DNA from: Lepidodermella squamata
Lineage: Eukaryota; Animalia; Gastrotricha
Reading direction: 5' to 3'
Assembly: GCA_047495785.1 (NCBI GenBank)
Contig: JBLDXI010000015.1
Span: 248,001-312,000 of the forward strand
Length of the DNA: 64,000 nt
The notes beneath the pieces were generated by a model. That model saw only the letters and a list, made by a program, of their open reading frames with translations. It was not told where the DNA came from and made no database searches. Positions 1 to 12,413 of this stretch are shown here, one piece after another. The translations under genes and the position numbers were made by a program. Numbering within the stretch: position 1 is the stretch's first letter; every line of letters starts with the position of its first letter.

Positions 1-393
1 TCTAATCGCCTAAATTTGCCTCATTTCGATATTAAAATCAACTCGGAATATTTAAAGGTTGAAATTATAGTGGGGCATTTTTTTAATAATTTTTTCTGAA
101 TTTCACGAATATGAATTTCAAATTTCCTTCGTGTCCGCTTTTTCACCTAGCCGAGAAAGGTGGTTATATTAAAATGCATTTTTGGAGAATGTCAATTTGA
201 AAATTTCGAAATTCGAAAGGTGAAAAATGTTGAAATGTAGAGAATGTGAAATTATTTCGAAAATTCTGAACAGCCAGTTTCGTTGTTCTATTCGAGATCA
301 TATTTTTCAAAATCGAGAATTTTTAAATTTTTTCAAAGAGAAGTTCAATGCCTCCCGGGAAATTTTTTTTTATAAATTTTTTTAAATTTTAAG

Positions 394-804
394 GTTCCAG
401 AGGAATTTCACTATTCAAACAACGCGAGAATAATGGACCTGGTGGTGATAAGCGACGTCGGCGTGTACATGTCGCCGAATTCTTCGATGAAGTACAAGAA
501 AACGGCCTCGCACGGCTACGACCCGAAATTCGCCGTCATGCAGCCGATTTTCTTCGCGCTCGGCCCGGCGTTCAAGCGCAACGGCTACCGCGCGAAACGG
601 CCGTTCCGCACCAAGGACATTTACGCGATTATGACGCACGTCGTCGGCCTGGCGCCGTTTCCCAACAACGCGTCGCTCGCCGATGTCGCAGACATTTTCT
701 GCGACAAATCGAGCTCGAATGCCGCGTCGATGCGCTCGGGTGATTTCCGCCGTTCATTGATAGCCTTAGCCACCCTATTATTGTTTCTACCGATGATGAA
801 CTGA
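394..804 (+). CDS. Terminal exon of an ectonucleotide pyrophosphatase/phosphodiesterase (ENPP4-7-like, alkaline phosphatase superfamily), probably GPI-anchored; upstream exons lie outside the window
   Basis: Acceptor ttttaag|GTT at 394 extends the ORF to VPEEFHYSNNARIMDLVV. It contains the ENPP C-terminal motifs HGYDP, MQPIFFALGPAFK, DIYAIM and PNNASL, and ends in small residues plus a hydrophobic tail. Confidence 0.85.
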   Translation, partial: VPEEFHYSNNARIMDLVVISDVGVYMSPNSSMKYKKTASHGYDPKFAVMQPIFFALGPAFKRNGYRAKRPFRTKDIYAIMTHVVGLAPFPNNASLADVADIFCDKSSSNAASMRSGDFRRSLIALATLLLFLPMMN

Positions 805-1679
805 TGTATTTTATAGCCATATCCTATTTTTACTCACTGAGTATACGCAGAATTGGGGGATCGAATTTGGATTGTTCTCGGAAATTTTTGAAGATTTCAC
901 GTGAATTAACAAATTTTTGAAATTTTGAAGTATCGAGAATTTGAAATTTTTTTAATTTTGTGAATTTTTTTTTGAAATTTTGAAACTCTCAAATCTGCGT
1001 ATAAATTGTTCTGAAAGATGAGAGCGGAAAATCATAATTATTATGTACTTGAAATATTTTTTTCACACTTTTACGCTTTTTGTAGCTCGAATTTGTAATC
1101 ACTTTAGCTTCGACTGCCGAACTTGCTTCTGTAGTTGCCTTTTCCAGATTTTAAATGGTATTTACGTTGCGCTGCACTACGCCTTTTTTGTTATTTTTTG
1201 TTTCTAAGATACATGATTGAAAAGCAGATATTTTCGTGCCTCTTTTTGCGGAATGTTAGTCTCGTTGATTGTTGATGATTGTTGCCGAATGAACTGATTG
1301 ATCGATAAAAATGTTAGTTTATTATTGACGCTGCGGGTAAAAATGAGAGAATAATAAAAGTCGCGCGGTAATTATACAGGATAGCCTCTTCTTGCTGTAT
1401 TGCTGTAAAATGTGTCAAACACAACCTGCTTGAAGGTGTTCCATTACTTATTACTAGAATGTAAAAGCATCCACCACTCAAGATTCAGGGTTTGTTCAGG
1501 AAAATTAACTGCTCAAAATATTCGTCGTTCTCGTTTTATTTCAAAAACATCGCACGACTATTCTGTACAATGTGACAAAAAAAAATGACGAATATTTACA
1601 AGCCATTGACAATCGCATGCCTAGCTTATATAGTCTCGAAAAATTATGTTTCTTACATCATAGTAAAGACACATAGCAA

Positions 1680-4600
1680 TCAAGATATAACACAAGAATT
1701 ACCCCCGAGGATTTTGATTATTTGTCGTTGTTCATCAGAATTCTTCTTAGATGAAGCCCAAGGGTTTTTAGCCCTATCCAGTGCAGTTTGTCCCATATTG
1801 TTCTTCAGGATTGCGTCAGCTTTGAATTTATTCACAAGAAGATCGACGACAGCAGGTTCTATCCCAAAGGCAGCCAACATCAGTGGTGTATCGCCATCCT
1901 CATCTGCCGCGTTGACGTCGGCATTGAACGTGCCCGCCAGCAGTTCCACGACGTCAGCTTTGCCACTCAAGGCGGCCACGTGCAATGGCGTCCTGCCATC
2001 CTTAGTTGCCTCGTTGACGTTGGCTTTGAACTCGCCCGCCAGCAGTTCAACAATTTCAACATGGCCTTTTCGTGCTGCAGCGCACAGTGCAGTTCCTTCG
2101 TAGTCACAATATTTGCCGTTAACATCCAGTCCCAATCGGTCCTTGTGTAGCAGCAATTGGGACATTCTCGCTGCATCATTTTCAACTGCACATCGCACGA
2201 ATTCCTGTTTCAATCATCACACCGAAAAATGAAATATCTATCAATCATCGCATTTACACGAGCATTTACTTCGTAATTATCGATTACTTCGGCTGTTGCG
2301 TCATCATTTTCACTTCAACTCTAACGAGCGCTGGTTTTTACTTTCGTGTGACATTTTATGGGCGCTGTTAGCAAGCCCTCGACTGTGGGGGTGGGTGAGG
2401 ATCATTCTTCGCCTGCCTTCGCCCTCTTCAAAACCGGAAACGGTACACGACGCTCAGTCCCGAAGAGGATAAATAAAAACATTATTATTATTATATATAT
2501 TATTATTATATTATATATTATGTTAGCAAGCCACTGCAAGCCGGTTTAAACTTAAATTTTGCGGTATTGATTAATTTAAAAATTTGCGATCAAATCTTCG
2601 GATCTATACAATTCTCCTTCCGGTAAATAGAAATAATCGATTTCGCGAATATAAAAATTCGTAAATGCTGCCAAAATCTTCTATAAAATTAATTCTGCAA
2701 CGAATCGCGTCACAGCGGCAGTTTCAAGCCACCCTGTACAGCGTGTCCCATGAGTAAGAATACACGAAAAAGTGTTCAGAAACTCTAAAATGTCAGACGA
2801 AGTCCCATCTCGTGGCCAGAAACTCTTTTGAAAAATTCGAATAATCACGAGAATAGCAATCAAGTATATGACACTTGTTAATGGGATTAACAATGTCAAC
2901 TTATTTTGTTAGAAATTTTGTCTAACCGGGTAAAATACTAAAAATTACCAAACCCGTTACCGAACCATCGGGGTTTTCCGGGTTTTCTGCGGAAAATTTC
3001 AAATTAAATTGTAATACTTTTCGGTGAAATCGCGGACAAAACATGGAATATTCTCTCGGTATGTTTAATTTAATAAAATTAGTCGAATTTCCTACGAAAG
3101 GTTGCCAGATGAAAGAATAGTTGCGCAACCTCTGGGACACGTGGGCTTTGGGCGCGCCCCGGAATGTTTTCGAAGCAACACAATCAATACAGTCATCTAC
3201 CTAATATAATTATAATTATAATTATCCCTAAATTATTTGAATAATATTGGCATAACCATCGCCACTATTCTATCAATTTTGATCCCCTATCCGGATGTGT
3301 CGGATTTAAATAATATTTCTTAAGCTCTTACTTTTTCTCAGGAAAATTCGTAATTCGTTCTTAATTTGCTGTGAAGAGGAATTCGCTGACAGCTAATCAA
3401 AAACAAGGTGCTAGCATGCATAGACCTCAGTCGAATAATTTTGAGATATTTTTTCTTCACGACCAAGTTCCAAATATTTTGAATTTGCTTAAAAAAAATG
3501 GATAACCACGCATTCTTTAGTGAAAATCATTGCATAACAGCGAAAGTAATTAACTTGGATAATTATGGGTAGTCTAGTGTAAATGCGACGTTTTTATTTG
3601 AAAACAGAGCAACCTTGATAGCTTCGTCTTTGTTTTTCGGGAGATCGACCGCCTAAATTATTTGGAAATAATTTAAAAATGAAAAATTCAACAGCCTATG
3701 AAAACTCTACCGGGCTTGCAGGCTTCTGCTCGACTTTCTCTTGCGATTTAGACCTTGACAATTCCTCCCTTCCTTTATTTGGCTTCGCCGACTGAGGAGT
3801 GACTGGCTGTTTTGGTTGTCGTTGGCTTTCGGCAGCGATATCGCGGCGTAAAAATGCGTGATTCAGCGCTTGATCGATGGTCGGCCGGCTGCTGCTCTCC
3901 TTTTCCAACAGCGACATTATGAAGTCGCGGCATTCGGCCGAGTAGCCTCGCGAATCGTCGAATGGCCGCGGCGGTTTTCTGGGAGGAAAAATGAAAGAAG
4001 TGAAGTGTATTTGAAATTTGTCTTCTCTACAAATAACGTCCGAAATCGATCGATGAAAAATTATTGATTAGATGCCACAACATGTCACCCAACACCCGCA
4101 ACTATTGTTCTTTGTGACTCTGAAATTATTTTTACCAAGCTCAGATTGGGTAGGTTTTAAATGCGATTCCGCCATAGGCACTGGCATATTGAAATCTCAC
4201 GCAAACAAGTTGTCACATCGATTCCGGTCATGGCGTCAATATGCATGAAAAATGCTTGGCATAGATAAATAATCCATGGCGGAATCGACACCAATGTATC
4301 ATCTCTCAACTGCTATTCCGAGATTATACCTAGTCATACCATATGCTTTGAGGCAAAATTTGGTCATTAAGAAGGCATATTTTACGATCCCGATAGTATA
4401 CAATATCTGGGAACTTTGTAGCGGATAGCGGAAAATATTCGCCTAAAGGCGACTATTTGACCTATCCGCGTAAAAGCTTCCAGATATAGTTGTTATCCGG
4501 ATCACTATCCCCGACTATCCTCATCCTCCCGAAACACCCAATTTTCGTTACAATAGAGATACCATCTCAGCCGAAATTATCGAAAATAACGTGATTAAAA

Positions 4601-7600
4601 AATCCAACTTAAAATTGTGCATCAAAGTTGCAAAAGCGAATGATTTTCAAACGCTAATCATTTTTCACTTTTTCGCTGCGATTTGAAAATGCTTTTTTCA
4701 CTCCCGTCCGCATCATGGATCGCATCAATTTCGGGCAAAACGGAAAGCCTCTCGAATCGCGAGTTCAGCCGTTCAATCTTAGAAGCCAGGCTGCTAATAC
4801 GCAAGAAGAATTCCCAGTCAACCAGCCAGTCACCAGTCACCCAGCGATGATGGCAGCGAAACGGTGTCGGCTGGCGACTTGTTTGCTGTAACATCCTCTC
4901 TTGGCGCCACTCCGATTCTCGAGTTGATCTGAGCCCGCCCCAGAGCAAGATCGAGCGCAAGTTGCGGCTGGCTCAAGTCTCTAAGCAATCGGCGATGATT
5001 CTCGGTTACGGTGGATTTTCTGCTTAATCGAACGTGATCCAACGGCCAAAACGTCTCCGTCCGCTTGTTCCCGTGCCTTTGCTGCATTCCTTTAATTTTG
5101 TTAATTTTCTCGCAATTACCGAATAATAAATGTAGGGGGTCGCGGGGGTTTCGGCGCCTCAGTATTTCGTGACTTTTGTTTCCGTGCTCAAATAAATCGA
5201 AAATAGGGGTGAATTCTGCCAAAATTTCGAGCCATGACTTGGGTTTATATCAGCCCGGATATCAAGATATCCTGGCTCAAACAGCCCGGGATAGCAGAAA
5301 ATATTCCGGGCTGTTTTACGGCGTATTTTCCACTATGATCCGGATAACAGAATATTTTTCGGGCTGCTTCAAGGCGAATTTTCACTATCCCGATAGACTA
5401 AAAAAAACAAGATGGAAATCGCATTTTTTGTGTTTTTAATTTTTGTTAAAATAGTAGTTTTTGGTAGCTTGGCGCGTTGTAACAGGGAAGTTTGAATGCA
5501 GTAACAGGGAAGATTGAATAAATTGCGGCTATAAATAGCCTGATGTCGACGACGACGTGTGTCGTCATAAGAAATGGTGACCTAGTTTTTTTTCGGCCTG
5601 CTGCTCTTTGAGAAAATACGCCAAGTCAGAGATTTTAGCTGAATGCTGACCGGATTGCTAATTAGCTGATGAGTTAATTAGCCATAATTAGTGTATGATA
5701 ATACTTGGCCAAAAATACCATGCGAGCGGAGCAAGCATGTGTGCCGGTCTAGGTAGTTTTTATGTGTTGAATCATTAGTGCGGGGATAGTTTTTTAGTCC
5801 AACGACGGGCAGCGTTTCCACGTGACATCTTTGTAACACGAAAGAAACTAATCGTTAGCTTTTTACTTGAGGTCCCATGCTACGATGGGTTACGTTATTT
5901 CCTGGTCAACTATTTGCATATGCACACTTGGTTGTGTGCAAAAAAAGATGTGCGCGCGTGCGATTTGAGAAAAAAAACTAGCAACACGAGCGGGGAGCGA
6001 TCTCTTAGCGCTAATTTCGTTGCACTATTGATGCTTTTTTCATTAAAAACTGTCTTGCATATGCAAAAAAGACGCATTTATGTTACATCGCCCGTGCATG
6101 AAGGGGGTTCATTGCTAAAAGCTATCTCTGCCGGTCGTTCTGCCGCCGCTGCACCCGTCCAGTTTAGACGGCCAGTAGCACCCAGAGGGAGCCTGCCAAC
6201 GGAGGTCCGCCGCGGCTTCGGCTGTGACGGCCCGGCGGCAGGCGCCCTGGGGTAACAGGAGAAAGCCGGGGGAAGCTTGGAAAATCGGCTGAAAAGCTTT
6301 TTTTTAGCCGATTTTTCAATCTTCCCTGTTACTTTTCCAAACTACCCGGGTATGAGTGTTCAGTGGAATTTCGAATATTTGTATTAGGCTACTATGGACT
6401 ATGGTCACAATAGCCATAGTTGACAAGGTTTGACCTAAGCGCGCTTAAATTGTTAAAGGAAGACTTACTGCATAATGCTCAGCATAAGCAACGTCTGGAT
6501 CCCTCCACCGGTGAACTGAAAGCAAATCAGCGTCGAAAAATATATTAAAAAGTATCCCTCTTCCGATTGGCTTTACCGGCTTGACGAAATTGGCCAATTC
6601 ATAGAGAGTTACTCCAAATGACCACATGTCACACGGGCGCTGGTATTCGTGAGTGTTAATGTAATCCGGAGCTGCGTAATCCAAAGTCGCAACAATATGC
6701 GTGGATTTGTTCGTCGCTGACCTGTGTAAAAATAACAAATAATAACAAGATTGAAGATTCATCCCGGCAGCTCGTCCGATCATTCTGGAAATCTCAAACT
6801 CTCAATGCAAGTGAAATAAATCTCAATTATTCACAAAAGATTATAGGATTTTTGTAAATCGTTGCTTTTCCCAACTGGAAAACCTGAAAACTTAAATTTG
6901 CTGCCCTGCAACTTTTTCAACCGCGACTCAATGGGCAGTGGCTATGACCTCTTCCCTCTTGTAGCCTCGTCGAAAAATTCCTCGAATAAAATTGTGAATT
7001 CAAACCTTTGGTAAAAAATTATGGTAAACCAAGTATCCAAATCCTAACTCCGAAACCTCTAGGCTATTATTAAAAATTTGCAGCATTCTTCATTGCATAC
7101 TCATTTAGGTCTTTTGCTATGCCAAAATCGCCGAGTTTGACCGTTTGCCCATCACGGCTCAAAAATATGTTTTTCGGCTTGATATCTCGGTGAACAATGC
7201 CGTTGACATGCAGACACATCAACGCGGACGCAAGTTGTCCAGCCCAGAACTGCAGTTGGACCTCGCTAATCTTTTCGTATCCTGCTCCGATTCGACTGTC
7301 CAAATCTCCGCCCTCGCAGTGCTCCATGACCAAGTAGTACATCTGGCACCCCTGCTTCGCGCTATCCTCTCTGCAGTATTGCTCTAAGTTATATGCAATA
7401 ATTTGAATAGACCATCGTAAAACTAGCTAATTAACCTTGAAAGGCTCCATAGAACGACACAATGTTAGGATGTCGTAGCTTCTCCAACTTCGAGTGCTTC
7501 ACGAACCGAGAAAAATACCGTATATGCCGAATTAACCCGCACAAGTCCGGCAGGTGTATGTGTAAGTCGCTTGGTGTTTTGGAAGTTGCAAAAAATGCCA

Positions 7601-9183
7601 AAAATGTGTGTTACTATTGTAACTTTTAAAAGTGATTGTGTTAACACAAGTCTTGAAATATTTTCACCAATTTTTTTCATTTTGACCGAAAATGCAATTT
7701 TACACGTCGAAACACAAGTGATTCGATAGATAGCCGAATTTTTCGCTTGTCGAAACACAAGTGATCCATGAAGGTGATTGACAAAACTTTGATTTATCGA
7801 TCAGGGTTAGTCGATAAATCAGTGGCACCTTGATAAACCGGCTGGTATTACAGTTACCCACCCTAACTACGACATATTAGCCCATGAAAATCTATATCGA
7901 ATCGCTGGCAATCGAATTTATCGGAATTAAGCCGAAAAAATCACTTGATAAGAAAAGTGGCTGTCACAAGGGTGCGTAAGCACCAGATGTTGCTGACAAC
8001 ACATTTATAAGCAGAGTTGCGCAAGAGCGGTGGTGGCGTAGTGGTTAGAGAGACTGGGTTGTCTGAGAGGATAATTCAGCTTAGGTTCGAATAAGCCAGC
8101 TGCCGACAAAGATTTTTATTTTTTTTACTCAATTCTGCGACAAAGACGTCTTGATAAAGGCGCCTCGAAGACTTACGAAAATACAGGGTTTTTGTGTGCG
8201 GTTTTTTTGCATTGCGCTATCCCGTCTTTTCTGTGAGAGTGTGGGGTCCAAAAATGAGCTGTGGTACTATTTATTGTCATGTAAGGTTAAAGGCGCCAAG
8301 CACAAATAGATCAACAAGAAATTGAAATTTCATGAAACCAAAAACCAAATGTCTCGGCGTACATTCTATTATTAACCTTTAGGCATTAGGCATTACTGAT
8401 TCATAGCAGTTATGATTTGCACTTGATCGAAGAATATAAAGCAACCTGATTCAAGTGCCGCATTAATTGTTCTTGTTTACGCGTCTCGCATTTAGGGAAC
8501 AATTTTCATAATTAAGAGACGAATTATAGGATTTAGTGAAAATTTCATTTGAAGTGACAATTTACACATTTAAGTGACAGTTTACAGATTTATGTGGCGC
8601 AATCTATTTTAGCGAAACATAATCAACACTTACTCGTGAATGCCTAATTTTTGTTAAATTTTTTGTTTCAATTTTGACTGCAATACAATTAGTGACTAAA
8701 AAGCAACAATATCTGCTGAATATCGCTCACATTATAAACACGCGGCCCGCTGAATTATTACAATACAGTGGTAACGGCCCACCGGCTAGGGCCTAAATCA
8801 TGCGGCTCGCAGGGATGGAAAATGAGTTAGAAAATGGCTCACTACGGATAAAGGTTGAGAAGCACTGTTTTAAACGACCTGGAAACTGGGGGCTTAAACA
8901 GGCTGGGGAATTAAATCGAGTATGGGATAATAATTCGGCATATACGGTACGCTTTCATTCCTCATAACATTACTTGAGCTCTTACCTCGTCGGAGCTGAT
9001 TTTGACCATCTTTCTTGCTTGCTGTTCAGTTCTGCAGTTTTTTTCCAATCGAGTTAGGTTAACCTCTTTGACAACATATTTCACATGAATTGTGCCCCGC
9101 ACAGTTCCGCACAAGTAGACCTTTCCAAAGCCACCTTTGCCTATCACCTTCCATGTATTGAACTCGCGGGCTGATTTAAACAT
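1680..9183 (-). CDS. NEK-like Ser/Thr kinase with C-terminal ankyrin repeats. Predicted exons: 9183-8986, 7496-7436, 7383-7101, 6721-6577, 6515-6469, 3978-3711, 3652-3614, 2204-1680
   Basis: All junctions are GT-AG and phase-compatible. Kinase motifs: [95 protein letters not shown]. The last exon has about 4 ankyrin repeats ([41 protein letters not shown]). The kinase and ankyrin parts are each secure; their linkage is inferred. Confidence 0.75.
2378..2520 (+). mobile_element. Short retroposon (SINE or LINE 3' fragment) inserted in the last kinase intron
   Basis: Flanked by the 12-bp direct repeat TGTTAGCAAGCC (2366-2377 and 2521-2532); ends in AATAAA followed by an (ATT)/AT-rich tail. Confidence 0.6.
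2770..3100 (+). repeat. Copy of a dispersed repeat; a second copy at about 16915-17174 plus 18786-18845 is split by a LINE
   Basis: Shared blocks in the same order: ttcagaaactctaaaatg, tggccagaaa, cacttgttaatgggattaa, ccatcggggttttccgggttttctgc, catggaatat.ctct. Confidence 0.7.
5463..6347. mobile_element. Degenerate inverted-repeat element in kinase intron 5
   Basis: ggtagcttgg..gtaacagggaag(a/t)ttgaa at about 5463-5520 is mirrored by ttcaatcttccctgttac..ccaaactacc at about 6315-6347. No clear TSD. Confidence 0.4.
7518..8947. mobile_element. Non-autonomous Tc1/mariner-pogo-type DNA transposon filling kinase intron 1
   Basis: TIR CCGTATATGCCGAATTA / TAATTCGGCATATACGG with TA on both sides; no transposase ORF. 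Confidence 0.8.
8026..8125 (+). other. tRNA-derived (SINE-like) pol III sequence inside the element above
   Basis: A-box-like TGGCGTAGTGG and B-box-like GGTTCGAAT followed by a T-rich run; no intact cloverleaf. Confidence 0.4.
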
Positions 9184-10232
9184 GTTTCGATGCACTGCGT
9201 AAATGCCTGAAAACTGAGAAAGCACGAGAGAAAGCAAGAAAACTGACAGGGTTATAGTTGCCTTTGTTTTTTGATAAGCTGCCTTCTCGCTGGCGGGGTT
9301 GGCATCTGATTATTTTCAGGCAACTTTGCAGAGATAACGACAATTGCGAGAAGGAAAAAATTATAGGCCCCCGTGCTTCCCGTTTTCCGTTGAGATAATA
9401 TGCACTGCATGCGATATCAGCGGAAAGATATGCCGCAAAAACAAACATTTGCCGGGTTTCTTAAGCGTTGATCACAGGAGGCATGACGCATTTGCACTGA
9501 GTCGTTGAGTCTGCTCACTACCTCAGAGGTTGCCAGATATGTTAAAGAAACTGAAATTTGCGAACATTCATTTCATTTAGAGAAAATGGGATTCAAAAAT
9601 TATGGGTGGAAAATTCTAATTTGGAAAATTACGCGCTTAAAAAATGTGGGGGTTTTCATTGCATCAATTAAAAATCCCTCGCGCAAGAAATGCTACTGCT
9701 ATTTTTTTATGCGCTGTCGACATTTCTTGAGGTAATCTGAGGTGAGGTGAGGAATCTCGCCAGTTCATTCAAATATTTTATTGGGATCAAGCTAGTGTCT
9801 CTACGACAACCTGAATCCATGCTACTTTTCAGAGCATCTCTTGGGTTATCCTTTTTTTAGGTGGATGGGAGCATCATGGAGGTCTGAATTTTGAAAATTC
9901 AAAGTTTTATGAATTAATATGAAAAATACCATCAAATTATTGCAAACAACGCTCTAGCTCCGTCCACTTAAGTAACAGTAACGAAGCGAGAAACGGCATA
10001 CTGTTGAGGAGAAGCTGGATCATTTATTTCCACGTAACAACATAGTTGCTGAAACCTCAATACAAGATAGGCTATAGGCTACTAGTTACCTATCAATAAG
10101 CCAGCAAGCCAAATAAGAAATTCAGACGCGTCTCAACAATCGTCCGAGCAGCATTTGAAGAATTCCTCGGTAAAAATTGCTTAAGTTATGTTGTACGCCT
10201 AGGGTATGAGCATTGTATTCAACCGAAACAAT

Positions 10233-10504
10233 GGCCAAACCGTGAGGGTCACCATCGATCATCATATATCAATCGATTGCTGTAATTAAGGGCTATCGAT
10301 TGGTGCCAAATCGAATTCCGCGCGGAACTTTTGGAAATATGATTTTTGCCTTTAAAGTTAAAAAAATGCGGAAAATTTGCGTTTTTTGGCCAAAACTTGA
10401 CCCTGAGTGTGCCGCGTGGAATTCAATTTGGCACCAATCGATAGCCCTTAATTACAGCAATCGATTGATATATGATGATCGATGGTGACCCTCACGGTTT
10501 GGCC
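10233..10504. mobile_element. Foldback MITE with near-perfect TIRs of about 90 bp
   Basis: GGCCAAACCGTGAGGGTCACCATCGATCATC... at 10233 is the reverse complement of ...GATGATCGATGGTGACCCTCACGGTTTGGCC ending at 10504. An outer inverted pair (TGTTGTACGCCTA about 10189; TAGGCGTACAACA about 10576) suggests nesting in an older element. Confidence 0.8.
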
Positions 10505-10849
10505 GTTATGACAGTTTAAAATATTGCTTATCCCGTATAGGCTTAAGCCTATACCGTATAAGCTTAGATCCTCTATAGGCGTACAACAGTTATTTCCATA
10601 ACCTAATATTTCGTCGTTGAGCATTTGAAAAGATTTATCTCAAGCTATTCACTAATGTTTTGCATGAAGGTGAATTTTATGATTTCTGGCCGAATTCTGA
10701 TACTACAGGCGATATCTCACAATACGAGACGCATCTACAGATAGTTGAAGAAACTAGATTTTCCCTTTTCGCCAAATTGTCTCGTCGCGATAGGACTTTC
10801 GCAAAAAGTATCATAAAAAGATGGCTCAGGAAACCATGAGAAACACCAA

Positions 10850-11270
10850 ATGCGAGGCTGGGACTGTGTCGGACACAAAGCCCGTGTACTGGAAATTACA
10901 TTACTTTGGGAAGCGATATGAAAGACAGGCGAGAAGAATCGCGTCCAATTTGTCCAACAACATCAAACACCAGTCGAGATAATATGGACCACACAGAAGG
11001 TGTCACAAATGTTGTTACGGCCACGATTTTGGCAGGATAGCTGCCACACTAAACTCACCTGTTATGGGTGCATCTTCGATCTCAAATACAGGCATGACGT
11101 ACGTTTCGTTGTGTACGGACTAGATTGCATGTTGTGTAAGAGTTTCTACGTCGGTATGACGGGAGGAGCATTTGCAACGCCTCAGTGAGCCTTATGGTGC
11201 CTGCAAAAATCACTAAGATATAGTTACGCTATGTCTATACATGTAGAACAAGCACACAAAGAACAGCGCT
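10850..11270 (+). pseudogene. Degenerate Penelope-like retroelement (RT thumb region and GIY-YIG endonuclease)
   Basis: VYWKLHYFGKRYERQARRI, then FVVYGLDCMLCKSFYVGMTG (GIY-YIG with CxxC) and a downstream AMSIHVEQAH His motif; frameshifted. Confidence 0.65.
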
Positions 11271-11289
11271 ATTTATACTGCCCTCTCTG

Positions 11290-11830
11290 CACAGAGTGCG
11301 CCTGGCACCTCCCTGGACGCTTATGCCGACGACCTCACACCCGCCAGCACGGGCGCTACCTTTGCCGAAGCTCTGACGCTCGCCCAGACCGAGGTCGATC
11401 TAATCTCCGCCTGAACCTGCCTTTGGTGCCAGCAATTTAATGCCTCTAAACGCGAAGTCATCGCTTTCTCTTGCCAGCCCCCAGTCCTTCGAGTCGAACT
11501 ACGCGGCGCCGCCGTTCCACAGGTGACAACGTTGTGCATACTCGGGCTCATTTTCGATGAAACTTGGAAGCCTCACATAGACCACGTCCTCCAACGGGGC
11601 GGGCGTAATTTGTCCTGGTTTCACTCGGTCGTGCATCGCCCGGGCCTGTCTCTGAAATGGCGCCGCGCTACTTACCTTTCACTCGCCCGCTCCATTGCGA
11701 CCTTCGGGGCTGTTGCATTCTCCTCCACCGCCAAGACGCAGCTTCGCCGTCTGGATGTACTTCAGAACAGCTCCCTTCGCGCTATTCTCCGCGTTCGACT
11801 GGACGATCGCGTTCGCATCTCTGCTCTTGT
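11290..11830 (+). mobile_element. 5'-truncated, degenerate non-LTR retrotransposon (RT C-terminal half)
   Basis: AYADDL at about 11319, in-frame stop, FNASKREVI, LGLIFD..WKPHIDHV, YLSLARS, LDVLQNSSLRAIL; followed by a CT-rich tail. Confidence 0.8.
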
Positions 11831-12025
11831 GATTCTTGTCTCCTTTTTCTTTTCTCATCTCAGTGTTCCATCGTTCCTCTTCTACATCTCTCTCTCTCTC
11901 TCTCTCGGGCGTCTCACTGGCGTCTCCTGCGCACTGTCACTGGCAAACGCCTGTTCACCCTGTGCTCGAGCCTTATATTTCCCTATTGTTATTGATTATT
12001 GATTTTGTTTTTGTTTTTGATGGTT

Positions 12026-12413
12026 CGGTTCTATGACTAAAGAGCACGCGATCTGAGAGCAACGATTAAACAGCAATGCATTAGGAGCAACCGATAAGAG
12101 AGCAACCGATTTAAGAGCAATTGGTCATAAGAGCAATGATTAATGATGAAAAAGTGGCACGCGACTTGATTTTTTTCTGTAGGCGATCAAGTGAATACGG
12201 GAGCCGATTAAACAGCAATTCAGGCATCTTAATCGGTCGAGATTCACTTGATTAGGAAAAGCAAAAAAATCAAGTCGCGTGCCACTTTTTCATCATTAAT
12301 CATTGCTCTTATGACAAATTGCTCTTAAATCGGTTGCTCTCTTATCGGTTGCTCTTAATGCATTGCTGTTTAATCGTTGCTCTCAGATCGCGTGCTCTTT
12401 AGTCATAGAACCG
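12026..12413. mobile_element. Palindromic MITE with TIRs of about 150 bp and a 6-bp TSD
   Basis: Starts CGGTTCTATGACTAAAGAGCAC and ends GTGCTCTTTAGTCATAGAACCG. ATGGTT is duplicated at 12020-12025 and 12414-12419. Internal (g)agcaa..gat subrepeats. Confidence 0.85.

Noticed and set aside
1585-2103. 172-aa plus-strand ORF
   Set aside because: Antisense shadow of the ankyrin exon with no independent motifs.
4658-5222. Two minus-strand ORFs (100 and 130 aa) within kinase intron 5
   Set aside because: No recognisable domain and not needed for the kinase frame; probably decayed TE sequence.
8026-8110. Possible tRNA gene
   Set aside because: A and B boxes are present but the acceptor and anticodon stems do not pair convincingly; treated as tRNA-derived.
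12050-12400. Regularly spaced agcaa repeats suggesting a CRISPR-like array
   Set aside because: Units are only 15-17 bp, mirror-symmetric inside MITE TIRs, in a eukaryotic context with no cas genes.
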